The position numbers and the translations under genes were made by a program. 64,000 nucleotides of DNA from Myxococcales bacterium (GTDB taxonomy: Bacteria > Myxococcota_A > Polyangia > Polyangiales > Polyangiaceae), in assembly GCA_043747615.1 (NCBI GenBank), contig JAYTOU010000017.1, positions 32,001 to 96,000 on the forward strand. The letters are read 5' to 3'. Position 1 is the stretch's first letter. Each line of letters begins with the position of its first letter. Below are positions 49,190 through 58,638 of the stretch, piece after piece. The notes beneath the pieces were generated by a model. It was not told the origin of the DNA and searched no databases. It saw only the letters and a list, made by a program, of their open reading frames with translations.

Positions 49190-51106
49190 ATGAAACGACG
49201 ACTCGTGATTGCGCTTTCCGGATTTGTCGCGACGTCCGCGGTCGCTTCCACCGCCAGCGCGCAAGCGGTTCAGTCAGGCTACTCCGCCAACAATTTCGAG
49301 CCGTCCGAGCGCGGCAGCGACTGGTTCGCCAATGACTCGCTCGATCTGCGTGGACACTTCCGCTTCGCCGTCGGCGTGGTCGGAGACTTTGGCTATCGAG
49401 GCGTCATCGGAACGTACAACCCGGATGGGACCGTCCGCGCGTCCATCCTGCGCAATCAGATGTTCGTCAACGCGGGCGCCAGCGTGGTCATGTGGGAGCG
49501 ACTCCGCCTGGGTGTGAACCTCCCAGTCCAGGTCTTTGCCGACGGTCACACCGCGACGTCGGGCGGCGTTCGATACGCGCCTCCACAGAATGAACAGAGT
49601 GTTGGCGATTTGCGCATCAGCGCCGACCTCCGTCTTTTTGGCGTGTATGGCGATCCCTTCACCATGGCCGCGGGAGCCTCGGTCTTTGCGCCGATCGGTC
49701 AGCGAGATTCGTATACCGGTGACAACGTTGCGCGATTTTCACCCCACTTGCTCATGGCGGGCGATGCCGGATCGATCGCGTACTCCGCGCGCCTTGGCTA
49801 CCTGTGGCGCGACCTCAACGTCGACTACCTCGATACGCGGATCGGCAGCACGTTCCAGTTCGGAGGCGCAGTCGGTGTTCGCGTTCTCGACAAAAAGCTC
49901 CTGATCGGCCCTGAGCTTTTCGGCCAGACGAATCTCTCCAACGATCACGCATTCGAACAGCACGCGACGCCGATCGAGATCATGCTCGGCTCGCACCTCA
50001 ACGTCGCCGATCAATTCAAGCTCGGCGCAGGCGCGGGCACCTTCATCACCAAGGGTTACGGAGCGCCGGTATTCCGCGGTCTGGTGAGCATCGAGTGGGC
50101 TCCGGGTGCCGAGAAGCCCGATCGCGACAAGGACGGAATCCCGGACGACGTCGACGCGTGCCCCGACGTCGCTGGCGTGCACACCGACGATCCCAAGACG
50201 AACGGTTGCCCGCCTCCTCCGCCGGATCGCGATCACGACGGGATCCTCGACGGCGAAGACGCCTGTCCGGACGTACCGGGCGTGCGAACGAACGATCCAA
50301 AAACGAACGGTTGTCCGCCGCCACCTCCGGATCGCGACGGCGACGGAATTCCCGATGGCGAGGATGCGTGTCCGGATGTCCCGGGCGTGCGGACAGACGA
50401 TCCCAAGACGAATGGTTGTCCGGCAGATCGCGATCACGACACCATCATCGACAGCGAAGATGCCTGTCCCGATGTCCCCGGCGTCCGCACGAATGATCCG
50501 AAGACGAACGGCTGTCCGCCCGATCTCGACCGCGACAAGGACGGAATTCCCAACGACGTGGACGCGTGTCCCGACGTGCCCGGCCCGAAGAGCGACGATC
50601 CGAAGACGACCGGCTGCCCTCGCGTCTTCATCAAGAACTCTCAGATTCAGATCCTCGAGCAGCCGAAGTTCGACTTCAACAAGGCGGCGATCAAGACCGA
50701 GAGCGACTCGCTTCTCACGGAGGTCGTGAAGGTCGTGACCGACCATCCTGAGGTACATTTCGTACGGGTAGAAGGCCACACCGACAGCGTCGGCAGCGCC
50801 GACTACAACAAGAAGCTTTCCGCCCAGCGCGCTCAGTCGGTCGTCAAGTGGCTCGTCGCGCACGGCGTACCCGCAGACCACTTGACCGCCGTCGGGATGG
50901 GCAAAGAGAGGCCCCTCGTTCCGAACGACACCGACGCAAACCGCGCCCTCAACCGCCGCGTCGAGTTCCACATCGAGGACCAAGCGCCGACCACGAAGGA
51001 AGTCGTGAAGACGCCCGGCGGAGCGCTCGTTCCCGCGCCGCCTGCGACGAAGCCCGTGCCCGAAGGCGCTGCACCCACGCCCAAGAAGGATATTCCGAAG
51101 CCGTAA
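49190..51106 (+). CDS. Outer-membrane protein: beta-barrel, TSP3 repeats and OmpA domain
   Basis: Signal peptide; five DxDxDGI.D..DACP...GCP units; FDFNKA, EGHTD, LSAQRA, NRRVEF. Confidence 0.92.
   Translation: MKRRLVIALSGFVATSAVASTASAQAVQSGYSANNFEPSERGSDWFANDSLDLRGHFRFAVGVVGDFGYRGVIGTYNPDGTVRASILRNQMFVNAGASVVMWERLRLGVNLPVQVFADGHTATSGGVRYAPPQNEQSVGDLRISADLRLFGVYGDPFTMAAGASVFAPIGQRDSYTGDNVARFSPHLLMAGDAGSIAYSARLGYLWRDLNVDYLDTRIGSTFQFGGAVGVRVLDKKLLIGPELFGQTNLSNDHAFEQHATPIEIMLGSHLNVADQFKLGAGAGTFITKGYGAPVFRGLVSIEWAPGAEKPDRDKDGIPDDVDACPDVAGVHTDDPKTNGCPPPPPDRDHDGILDGEDACPDVPGVRTNDPKTNGCPPPPPDRDGDGIPDGEDACPDVPGVRTDDPKTNGCPADRDHDTIIDSEDACPDVPGVRTNDPKTNGCPPDLDRDKDGIPNDVDACPDVPGPKSDDPKTTGCPRVFIKNSQIQILEQPKFDFNKAAIKTESDSLLTEVVKVVTDHPEVHFVRVEGHTDSVGSADYNKKLSAQRAQSVVKWLVAHGVPADHLTAVGMGKERPLVPNDTDANRALNRRVEFHIEDQAPTTKEVVKTPGGALVPAPPATKPVPEGAAPTPKKDIPKP
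50118..50620 (+). repeat. Five tandem thrombospondin type-3 (Ca-binding) coding repeats
   Basis: ~100-bp units seen in both DNA and protein; boundaries approximate. Confidence 0.85.
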
Positions 51107-51162
51107 CGGACGGAGCCTTCAGTCAGGCTTCTTCGGTTCCTTCGCCATCGGTGATCGTGCCC

Positions 51163-52416
51163 TTAGAAGAGGATGCCGCGAACACCGATGGCGGCGCCGC
51201 GATCGACCGGAAGTATCGTCGGTGTGATGCTGTCGAGCGCGCTCGTGGGGGCCACGTGTGCTTCGCGGCGATCGTCGTCCATCGATCCCGTCGCGAACCA
51301 CATTCCAGTGAGACCGAGTGCGCACCCGAGCGCGCCGAAGCCGAGCACTGCGTTGGTGCCGGCGTCGTGTCGGGCCGCAGCGTAGAGCCCTGCCCCAACG
51401 AGGTACCCCGTCGCTCCGCCGAGATCGAGCAATCGCACGCGCGCCACCATGGGAGAGACGGGCTCCGCGAGGAGAAGCCCGCCGAGTACGCCGGCGTTGA
51501 GCGCCACACCGGCCGCGAGCAGTGCCGGCGAAGCGTTGATGCCGCCGCCAGAGTACCTCGGTGGAGTGACGGCGCCGGCGATCGATCCGACCATCACCGA
51601 CGACCACAGGGCTGCCGAGCCCACGAACGACGCGCGGCCCGGCGTCGTCGGATGATAGGCCCCCAGCAAGCCTCCAGTGACGGCGCCTGCAGTCGACATG
51701 CCCCAGATGAACGAGGCCGCGACCGTCGGGCTCATCTGGCTGCTCGAGGACTTGAGGCTCTCACTGTAGAGCGTCCAGACGAGCCCCTCCTCGAACCCTA
51801 CGTAGAGGCCGCTGACGATCGATTGTGCGCCGCCGTAGCGCAGAGCGTGCGCTTGGGTGTCGGCGAGGGCGATCCCGATTTCGGTGAGCCCGATCATCGC
51901 AATGGGAAGTCCGATGAGGAGTCCGGAGCTCGGGTCGCGCTGGTTGTAGGTCGCGGCGACGTCGAGCCACACGCCCGTGCCCACGCCGAAGACCACTCCG
52001 TTCGCGTAGAGCGACACGAGCTCGTCGCCCGTGCGGCGGTCGAGGGCCTTCGGGGTGAGATGACTCTCGCCGAGATCGATGCGTCGCACGAAGGCGAGAT
52101 CGCGGCGCATCCACTCGCCCGCGAGATCCGCATCCTCACGAGCGATCGCGCGATCGACCTCGTTTTCGGCGATGCGCGCGAGATCCTCGAAGTTGGCGCG
52201 CGCAGCGGCGAAGTAGCCCTGGATAAGCTCCTCGCGTGCGGCCTCGTAGCGTTCGCGCCAAGGCGATTTTGAAGGGCTCCCTTCGTCGCGTGGCTGCACG
52301 TTCGGAAACGAGCGGGCTGGCGTAGGCACCAGCGGTGCCGGAGTCGTCGGCTCGTTCTGGGCGAACGCGGTTCGTGAAAGCATGCAACCTACAAGGATCA
52401 CCAGCGCACGCTTCAT
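51163..52416 (-). CDS. Gly-rich multi-pass membrane hypothetical protein
   Basis: Signal peptide, TPR-like helical segment, many Gly-rich hydrophobic helices, terminal ILF. Confidence 0.7.
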   Translation of the reverse strand: MKRALVILVGCMLSRTAFAQNEPTTPAPLVPTPARSFPNVQPRDEGSPSKSPWRERYEAAREELIQGYFAAARANFEDLARIAENEVDRAIAREDADLAGEWMRRDLAFVRRIDLGESHLTPKALDRRTGDELVSLYANGVVFGVGTGVWLDVAATYNQRDPSSGLLIGLPIAMIGLTEIGIALADTQAHALRYGGAQSIVSGLYVGFEEGLVWTLYSESLKSSSSQMSPTVAASFIWGMSTAGAVTGGLLGAYHPTTPGRASFVGSAALWSSVMVGSIAGAVTPPRYSGGGINASPALLAAGVALNAGVLGGLLLAEPVSPMVARVRLLDLGGATGYLVGAGLYAAARHDAGTNAVLGFGALGCALGLTGMWFATGSMDDDRREAHVAPTSALDSITPTILPVDRGAAIGVRGILF

Positions 52417-52450
52417 GAGCGCAGCTTATACGGCACGGCTGTCGCCGTCC

Positions 52451-53239
52451 TCAGCTCACGCAGCCGACCTCGTAGAACTCACGACCGAACTCGTTCTCGA
52501 CGAGGGCGACGAGCGCCGGAGCAACCGCGAGCTGCGCATCGGGTACGAAGCACTCGCCGCAGTCGACCTTGAGAGCAAAACGATACGCGGCTCCTCCGGG
52601 CACCTTGGTGATCGCTCCGTCGAACGGGTTCGTGATGAGCGCGCTCTCCTTTGACGGCTCGAAAGTCCGACTGCATTTTTCGCACTCCGCGAAGATGCCG
52701 CTCGACGCGCCAAAGGCGGGCACGAGGTCCTCGTCGTCCCACTCGAACGCCAGGTCCTCGCCGCAACGGCAGATGCTGCGAACGAGCCCGATGTTCTCCG
52801 AGGCAGGGTAGACGTACTCGAGGCAGCGGTGCAGCTCGAGGGCGTAGGTGACGTTCCCCTCTGGTCTTCGCGAGAGCGGATACGCGCCGGGAAGGGCGCC
52901 ATCACCGTCGACGGGCCACACGAGACGAAGGTCCTCTCGGTCCGGATCATCGAGCCATTCCGCTTCGAGCGTGGGTGGGAGCGGCTCGGTGCTCGCTTCG
53001 ATCTTGGCGACGAGATCCTTACCGAAGACATTCTCGACCGTCGTCACCGCGTAGCCACCCGTCGCTCGCGCCCGCTCGGAGCGCTTGCCGTGGAAGCGTA
53101 GCTCCGCGAGCTCCGGAGATCCCGGAGCCACGATCCAGCCCTCCTTCCGGAGGCGCTCGACAAGCTTCGCGACCGAGCCCGCGGCTGGTGAGAAAACATT
53201 GCCCTTCGCGATCAGCCAACGCTCGTAGTCGACGCCCAT
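52451..53239 (-). CDS. Hypothetical protein with putative Zn ribbon
   Basis: CRCG...CEKC...CGEC; TANNNT 7 nt before the ATG. Confidence 0.7.
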   Translation of the reverse strand: MGVDYERWLIAKGNVFSPAAGSVAKLVERLRKEGWIVAPGSPELAELRFHGKRSERARATGGYAVTTVENVFGKDLVAKIEASTEPLPPTLEAEWLDDPDREDLRLVWPVDGDGALPGAYPLSRRPEGNVTYALELHRCLEYVYPASENIGLVRSICRCGEDLAFEWDDEDLVPAFGASSGIFAECEKCSRTFEPSKESALITNPFDGAITKVPGGAAYRFALKVDCGECFVPDAQLAVAPALVALVENEFGREFYEVGCVS

Positions 53240-53287
53240 GCCGAGGAGCGTAGCCGACCACCGATCCAAATGTAGTCCAACCCTTAC

Positions 53288-54517
53288 TCAGACGATGGGG
53301 TGCGGATTCGCTCCGAACGGGCTCGTGACCTTCAATGCCGCCGCCGCTGCTGCCCAGAATTGCTTGGTGCCCGGGGTCGCGCCACTGAAGCGCGCGTCGC
53401 CGTCACACGGATAGCTGACCGTGTTTCGGATGTACTTGCCCATCATGGCCACGACGGTGCCGTCACCGTGATCGCCGGTGGGCGTGCGCACGAAATCGCC
53501 GGAGAGGCACACCACGACGTTGCGCGTCTGATCGTTCAGCATGCGCGTCAGAAACGTCTTGAGCGGATTGACGATGCTGCTCATCATCTTGGTCCGCGAA
53601 AATTCGCCGTTGCGCGAGGTGCCATCGGGATTGAGCTGGTGGAAGTCCCAAGGCACGAAGCCGGGATCGCAGATGTTGACGACGTTGGTCCCCGCAGCGC
53701 GGATCATGATCTCAGCGCCAGCAATCATGGATGCGAAGGATCCCACGGCCGTCGCGCCGCCGAGCCCATATGCCGTGGAGATGTCCGCAAAGGTGACGGG
53801 CGGCGTCGGAGGAACCGGGGTCTGCAAGGTGGCGATCGCGGCGCCGTAGCCATCGGTGACGCTGATGAGGGCGTTCTTGTTCCGCGCGACCTGGGTCTGC
53901 GAAATGTCCCGCGAGGCGGTGAGACCGGCAGCGGCGAGCTGACGATCTGGAAGCGTGGGATCAGGCGTGGGCGACTGGCCGAGGGAAGCGATCACGCTCT
54001 TCAGATCCTGGATCCTCTGCAGGGACACGCTGCCGAACGCGGGTTGCGGGCCGTAGGGCAGGCGATCGCCGAAGTGAACGGCCTTGAGGGGCGAGCTTCC
54101 GCCCATCGTCGCGGCGAGCTCGGTGAGGTAGCTGTTCGTTCCGTCGAAGAGGAGCGCGCGCTCGGCCCCGCGATCGAGATGGCTGGTGACGCCGTGGTGA
54201 ACGCCGACGGCTGCCCAGTGCTGGAGCGCGAACGCGGGCATCGTGCCGAGCGTTGCTTTGTCGGTAAAAACGCCTCCGCCGAGGTCCAAGAGGTTCGAGC
54301 TGGTAACCCCGAATTTGTTCCCGGTGAGGAACTTGTCGGCGCACCCCGCAAAGAGCCCGTTGAACCCTCCCGGAAAGATGATGTGCACGAGGTGCGAAGG
54401 CTCGGTCGCCGCGAGGGCGTTACCGAAAAATTGCGCACCCCCGGCGAGTCGCGTTCCAGCAAGTGCGCCGGCACCGACCGCTGCTGTCTTGAGAAATCCA
54501 CGGCGTGAGATCTTCAT
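53288..54517 (-). CDS. Tat-exported DUF1501-like protein
   Basis: SRRGFLK Tat motif; IIFPGGFN; WDFH; GDFVRTP; DHG. Confidence 0.75.
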   Translation of the reverse strand: MKISRRGFLKTAAVGAGALAGTRLAGGAQFFGNALAATEPSHLVHIIFPGGFNGLFAGCADKFLTGNKFGVTSSNLLDLGGGVFTDKATLGTMPAFALQHWAAVGVHHGVTSHLDRGAERALLFDGTNSYLTELAATMGGSSPLKAVHFGDRLPYGPQPAFGSVSLQRIQDLKSVIASLGQSPTPDPTLPDRQLAAAGLTASRDISQTQVARNKNALISVTDGYGAAIATLQTPVPPTPPVTFADISTAYGLGGATAVGSFASMIAGAEIMIRAAGTNVVNICDPGFVPWDFHQLNPDGTSRNGEFSRTKMMSSIVNPLKTFLTRMLNDQTRNVVVCLSGDFVRTPTGDHGDGTVVAMMGKYIRNTVSYPCDGDARFSGATPGTKQFWAAAAAALKVTSPFGANPHPIV

Positions 54518-54527
54518 TGTCGGATCC

Positions 54528-55196
54528 TCAGAACGTCAAAAAGCGGGTGGAGGTCATTGCGGTCGCGCAGACGTAGGCCCAGCGACGGCGGGCATCTGGC
54601 TCTTTGGCGAGCGCGGTGGTCGCGTAGCTCACGCACGAAGCAATCTCCGCAGGCTGCGGCGTCTGACTCCAGAATTTCTTCATCATGCTCGTGCACTCGT
54701 CGGGCGCGGTTGCCGCGGTGGGTACCGCCGAAAATTCGGCGCCCGTCGCCGTGAAAGTCAGACACCCTTCGAACGCGATGCGGTAACTGGTGCTCAGCTC
54801 GACCGCGCTGGAGTGAGCCTCTTGGTACCAGCGGGCTGGGACGTCACCGAAGGTGGAAGCGTTGGCGGCGAGCGAGGCCGGAGGAGCGCCCACGGTCCGG
54901 GTGTACTCACCGGACAGAACGCTGAACGGTTTGACGCGCGCGCGGTTTTCGCCAGCCGCTTCGTTTACGCGATCGCTCTCGAGCGCGATTTTTCCGTAGC
55001 CGACGTACGTGCGACCTTCCGGCTTCTGGTTGCAGGTGGTGGCCGCTCCGGGGTCAGGTTGCCCGCCGTCGGCGGTGGCGGGATTGGTCCCAGGATTGAA
55101 CGGGTCGTCGCCGAGCCCGAGCGCGTTCGGATCGCCGCTGCATCCTGCGACGCCGACCAAGAAGAGACCTGCGAGGAACCTCACGTGCGCGCTCAT
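54528..55196 (-). CDS. Lipoprotein of unknown function
   Basis: Lipobox VAGC; RRRWAYVCA...RFLTF tail; ATGA overlap with the upstream gene. Confidence 0.8.
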   Translation of the reverse strand: MSAHVRFLAGLFLVGVAGCSGDPNALGLGDDPFNPGTNPATADGGQPDPGAATTCNQKPEGRTYVGYGKIALESDRVNEAAGENRARVKPFSVLSGEYTRTVGAPPASLAANASTFGDVPARWYQEAHSSAVELSTSYRIAFEGCLTFTATGAEFSAVPTAATAPDECTSMMKKFWSQTPQPAEIASCVSYATTALAKEPDARRRWAYVCATAMTSTRFLTF

Positions 55197-56161
55197 TGGC
55201 AGAACCCGGCGTCCTTGGCGACGATGGCGACGGCCGACTGAATCGTCCCCTTCGACGTGAACTCGTCGACGCACTTGTCGAAGAGGAGTGCCTCGCACTG
55301 ATTCTCGTTCCTGCTGTACAGGAAGTTGAACGCGAGGCGACACGCGCGGAACTTGAACTGCGGTGATTTCACCATGCTGTTCACGAGGTCGGCGTCGCTC
55401 GCGACCGTCTCTCCGTCGAGCACCGACTGCGGCCCTTCGCTCGGCGGAAGGAAGGTCATCGTGTCTCCCGTGCCTTGCCTGCGGGTCAGCACCTTGGCGA
55501 TCTTGTCGAGGGCAAACCAGCTGTCGTAGTGGCAGCCCGCGCATGCCGCTGCCTTACGGCCGACCGAGGTGCGATCGTCACCGGGCTTGGCGACGGACGG
55601 CGTGAGCTCGACACCGACGACGTTGTTCACGATGCGGTAGGCGGTCGAGAGCTTGTAGCCAGCGGTCTCATTGCCGGCGTAGCGGCGCTGCCACGGAAGG
55701 CTCCGAAAATACCCGAGACCGTTAGGATCGGCGGTGACGACCATGTTCTTGCTTGCGTCCACGTCGACCGTGTACTGGCCGATGAAAAGATCGGTCCACG
55801 GCTTGGCGTTGGCGAGGACGTACTTCGTGAGAAAGTAGACGGCGTCATCGGTCTGAAGCGCGCCGGGGCCGCCGTTGAATGTAGCATTCACGAATCGCGA
55901 GAAGCGCTCGATGAACGCTGGCGAGGTCAGCATCGGGTCGACGGCGCCCTGCGGATTGGGCGTCGCGAAAAACGTCGCCGTCGGACTAGCGCCCAGCATG
56001 GCGATCGAAAGACGCGTAGCGCAGCGCTGGTCGAGCTCGGTCTTGTCCTCGCCCGTGGCGTGCGCGCTCTTGCTGCCACCAAGGCCGACCGCCCCGGCAA
56101 CAGCCAGAAGCGGTGCCACCGCAAGAAGTATTCGTCGCGTTTTCCTGCCGACTCGCGTCAT
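55193..56161 (-). CDS. Exported protein with a single CxxCH heme-c motif
   Basis: Signal peptide; CAGCH; AGGAG SD. Confidence 0.75.
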   Translation of the reverse strand: MTRVGRKTRRILLAVAPLLAVAGAVGLGGSKSAHATGEDKTELDQRCATRLSIAMLGASPTATFFATPNPQGAVDPMLTSPAFIERFSRFVNATFNGGPGALQTDDAVYFLTKYVLANAKPWTDLFIGQYTVDVDASKNMVVTADPNGLGYFRSLPWQRRYAGNETAGYKLSTAYRIVNNVVGVELTPSVAKPGDDRTSVGRKAAACAGCHYDSWFALDKIAKVLTRRQGTGDTMTFLPPSEGPQSVLDGETVASDADLVNSMVKSPQFKFRACRLAFNFLYSRNENQCEALLFDKCVDEFTSKGTIQSAVAIVAKDAGFCQ

Positions 56162-56187
56162 CTTCCGATTCTCCTAGTGGACGCCTA

Positions 56188-56204
56188 GGCAAGGACCGAA
56201 CCAG
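56188..56204 (-). promoter_or_regulatory. Putative sigma54 promoter
   Basis: CTGGTTCGGTCCTTGCC upstream of the three-gene operon. Confidence 0.55.
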
Positions 56205-56380
56205 CCGCGATGCCGGCGCGAAGTGCGTGATGACCGCTGCGTTTGCGCGCGTTTTCGGTCGATCGACTGGATCGGTCGCCCATCGCCCACACGTGATCCA
56301 CCCCGCGGCAGCTCGCGAACGGAGCCCGCGCGACGGAGCTCAGGAGACGGGCCGCGGTGCTCCTGCTAGGCTTGAAGCGG

Positions 56381-56782
56381 ATGCCCGACTCGAAAGACAA
56401 GCGGGCAGAAGGCGGCGCAGCGAACGTGGTCGTCCCGGTCCCCTCGCCCCGTGCGGTCAGTGGTGCCCGCGAGCTTCAACGTCCGTCCGAGCGGCCGACG
56501 ATGCCTCCTGCGATGCCTTCGATGCCCGAGGTGCCGTCGACGCCGTCGATGCCGTCCATCACCAACCCGCCCATCTCTCACGAGAGGGCGCTACGCGTCG
56601 ACCGGCTCGAGGACGAGGACGACATCCCTGAGCTCCTTCGGTCAGCCAGCGCGAGACCGCCCACGACCATGCCTTCGGGCCTGCCGCTCCCGAACGTGCC
56701 GCTGGTCCGTATCGCAAAGCAGGTGCGCGGCTTCGAGGAGGAAGTCGTCATTAATCGGAAGGACCCGCGGCGCGAGGAGTAG
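56381..56782 (+). CDS. Pro-rich hypothetical protein
   Basis: Low-complexity ORF filling the gap; TAGGCT 8 nt before the ATG. Confidence 0.45.
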   Translation: MPDSKDKRAEGGAANVVVPVPSPRAVSGARELQRPSERPTMPPAMPSMPEVPSTPSMPSITNPPISHERALRVDRLEDEDDIPELLRSASARPPTTMPSGLPLPNVPLVRIAKQVRGFEEEVVINRKDPRREE

Positions 56783-56800
56783 CGTACCCTCGCGCCCAGT

Positions 56801-57565
56801 ATGAGCGACCCGAGCCCTGCGAAGAAAGCGCATTTCAAGCGGAGGGATTACCTCATCGATCCCCGCTTCCAGTTGAAATACACCGGCCTCCTCGTCGCGG
56901 TGGTGCTGGCGGTGATGGTGTTTCTCGGCGGCGAGCTTTGGCAGAGCGCCAACGTGGCCTCGACGTACGCGCAGATCGCCTCCACCCAAGCCGAGCTCGC
57001 CATGAAGGAGAGCCACACGAGCTCCAGGCTGGCTCGCCAATGCGTGGTGACGAACGCAGCCGACAACGCCATCCTCCTTCAAGTCGTCGAAGAGGAGCTC
57101 GCCGCGACGGACCGCCAGGCGGAGAGCGATCTCGAAGTGGTGAAACGCGGGCGCATCGACGTCGAGATGCACCGCCGGGCCATGCGCGAGCAACTGATCG
57201 CAACGGGGATCGCGCTCACGGTGATCCTCAGCATCATGGGCATCTTCATCACGAACAAGATCGTCGGGCCTGTCTACAAGCTGAAACGTCTGCTGCGTCG
57301 CGTCGGCACCGGTCGTCTGGCGACGAAGGAGCGCCTGCGCAAGGGCGACGAGCTCGGGGACCTCTTCGATACCTTCCTCCAGATGATGTACTCGCTGAAG
57401 GCCCTCCAATCGGGTCGGCTGGCTACGCTCGACGACGCGATGGAAAAGGCCAACGCCAGCGGGGCCGCGCCCGAGGTCCTGCAAAGCCTCCAGGCCCTCC
57501 GCGCGCAGATGGCTCTCGGGCTCGCTGTCGAGCTGCCGGCCACGAAGAAGGAGGCGTCATCATGA
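56801..57565 (+). CDS. Two-TM HAMP-domain protein without output domain
   Basis: RRDYLIDPRFQLKY; 2 TM; ITNKIVGP...LRKGDEL HAMP. Confidence 0.8.
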   Translation: MSDPSPAKKAHFKRRDYLIDPRFQLKYTGLLVAVVLAVMVFLGGELWQSANVASTYAQIASTQAELAMKESHTSSRLARQCVVTNAADNAILLQVVEEELAATDRQAESDLEVVKRGRIDVEMHRRAMREQLIATGIALTVILSIMGIFITNKIVGPVYKLKRLLRRVGTGRLATKERLRKGDELGDLFDTFLQMMYSLKALQSGRLATLDDAMEKANASGAAPEVLQSLQALRAQMALGLAVELPATKKEASS

Positions 57566-58056
57566 GCGCCAGTGAGCGACCGTCATTGGTGATGGCGCAT
57601 CCGATCGTGCAGTCGGCCATTGACACGCTCATCACGCGGTTCGAGCACGGTGACTACAATCCTACGCCGATCATCGATCTCGGCGTGCTCGTCGCCAGCG
57701 CCGACGGGGCGGCGGACGACGACGAGATGGAGACACTCCGCCACATCTTCCAGTCGCTGTTCGGTGCCGCCTTCAGCAAAGACATGGTCGGCTTCTTGAT
57801 CGCCGCAAGCCTCGAGGTGCTTCATGCCGCCGGCGTCGACTCGCGCGTGCGCCTCATCGCCGAGATATTGAAGGACTGCGACGCCGTCAAGCCGGGCATC
57901 GTCGTCGCGCTCGCTGTCGCCTACTCGAGCGAAGGCTTGTCCGCTGCCGAGCGCGGGGTGATCGAAGCAGTCGCGCGATCCGCCGGCCTCTCGACGAGCG
58001 AACTCGACGTACTGATCGAAAGCGTGCGCGTCACGTCGATAGCCGCCCGCAGCTGA
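57562..58056 (+). CDS. TerB-family (tellurite-resistance-like) protein
   Basis: VASADG..DDDE; AVAYSSEGLSAAER..I...A...GLS; GGAGG SD; ATGA overlap. Confidence 0.7.
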   Translation: MSASERPSLVMAHPIVQSAIDTLITRFEHGDYNPTPIIDLGVLVASADGAADDDEMETLRHIFQSLFGAAFSKDMVGFLIAASLEVLHAAGVDSRVRLIAEILKDCDAVKPGIVVALAVAYSSEGLSAAERGVIEAVARSAGLSTSELDVLIESVRVTSIAARS

Positions 58057-58075
58057 ATCCCGTGGGCCGCTCGGC

Positions 58076-58591
58076 TCATTCGGTGACGGTCACCTTGTTC
58101 ATCTTTACGGGGGTGACCGGTCGATCGTCCGCGTCGGTCCGCGTCTTCTCGATCTTGGTGACGACATCCATGCCCTCGATGACCCGCCCGAACACCGGGT
58201 GCTTCGAGGCGCCCGCAGAGAAGTAGTCGAGGTAAGAGTTGTGGACGGTATTGAGGAAGAACTGACAGCTGCCGCTGTTCGGAGCGCCGGTGTTCGCCAT
58301 GGAGAGCGTCCCGGCCTCGTTCGAGAGCTTGAGGTTCGCGGGGTGCTCGTCCTTGATCGTTCCGTCGGGGCCGTCGCCGGTGCCGGCGCGTGCGCTCTTC
58401 GGGTCGCGGCTGTGTGGGCAGCCGAACTGGAGCATGAAGCCGTTGATCACGCGGTGGAAGTGGAGACCGTCGTAAAAACCGCTCTTGGCGAGCTTTACGA
58501 AGTTGCCAGCGGTGAGGGGCATCTTGTCGATGAAGAGCTCGACCTTGATGTTTCCGAGCGACGTTTCGAGGACTGCAGTGGGGTTCGCCAT
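58076..58591 (-). CDS. Cyclophilin-type peptidyl-prolyl isomerase
   Basis: [34 protein letters not shown]. Confidence 0.95.
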   Translation of the reverse strand: MANPTAVLETSLGNIKVELFIDKMPLTAGNFVKLAKSGFYDGLHFHRVINGFMLQFGCPHSRDPKSARAGTGDGPDGTIKDEHPANLKLSNEAGTLSMANTGAPNSGSCQFFLNTVHNSYLDYFSAGASKHPVFGRVIEGMDVVTKIEKTRTDADDRPVTPVKMNKVTVTE

Positions 58592-58638
58592 CCCTCAACG
58601 CTACGACAGATGTCCTCATCTGATCTAGATTGGCTCTC

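Noticed and set aside
49190..51106. TraB of the TraA/TraB outer-membrane exchange system
   Set aside because: The architecture is similar, but no TraA-like gene is adjacent and such OmpA-TSP3 paralogues are common in myxobacteria.
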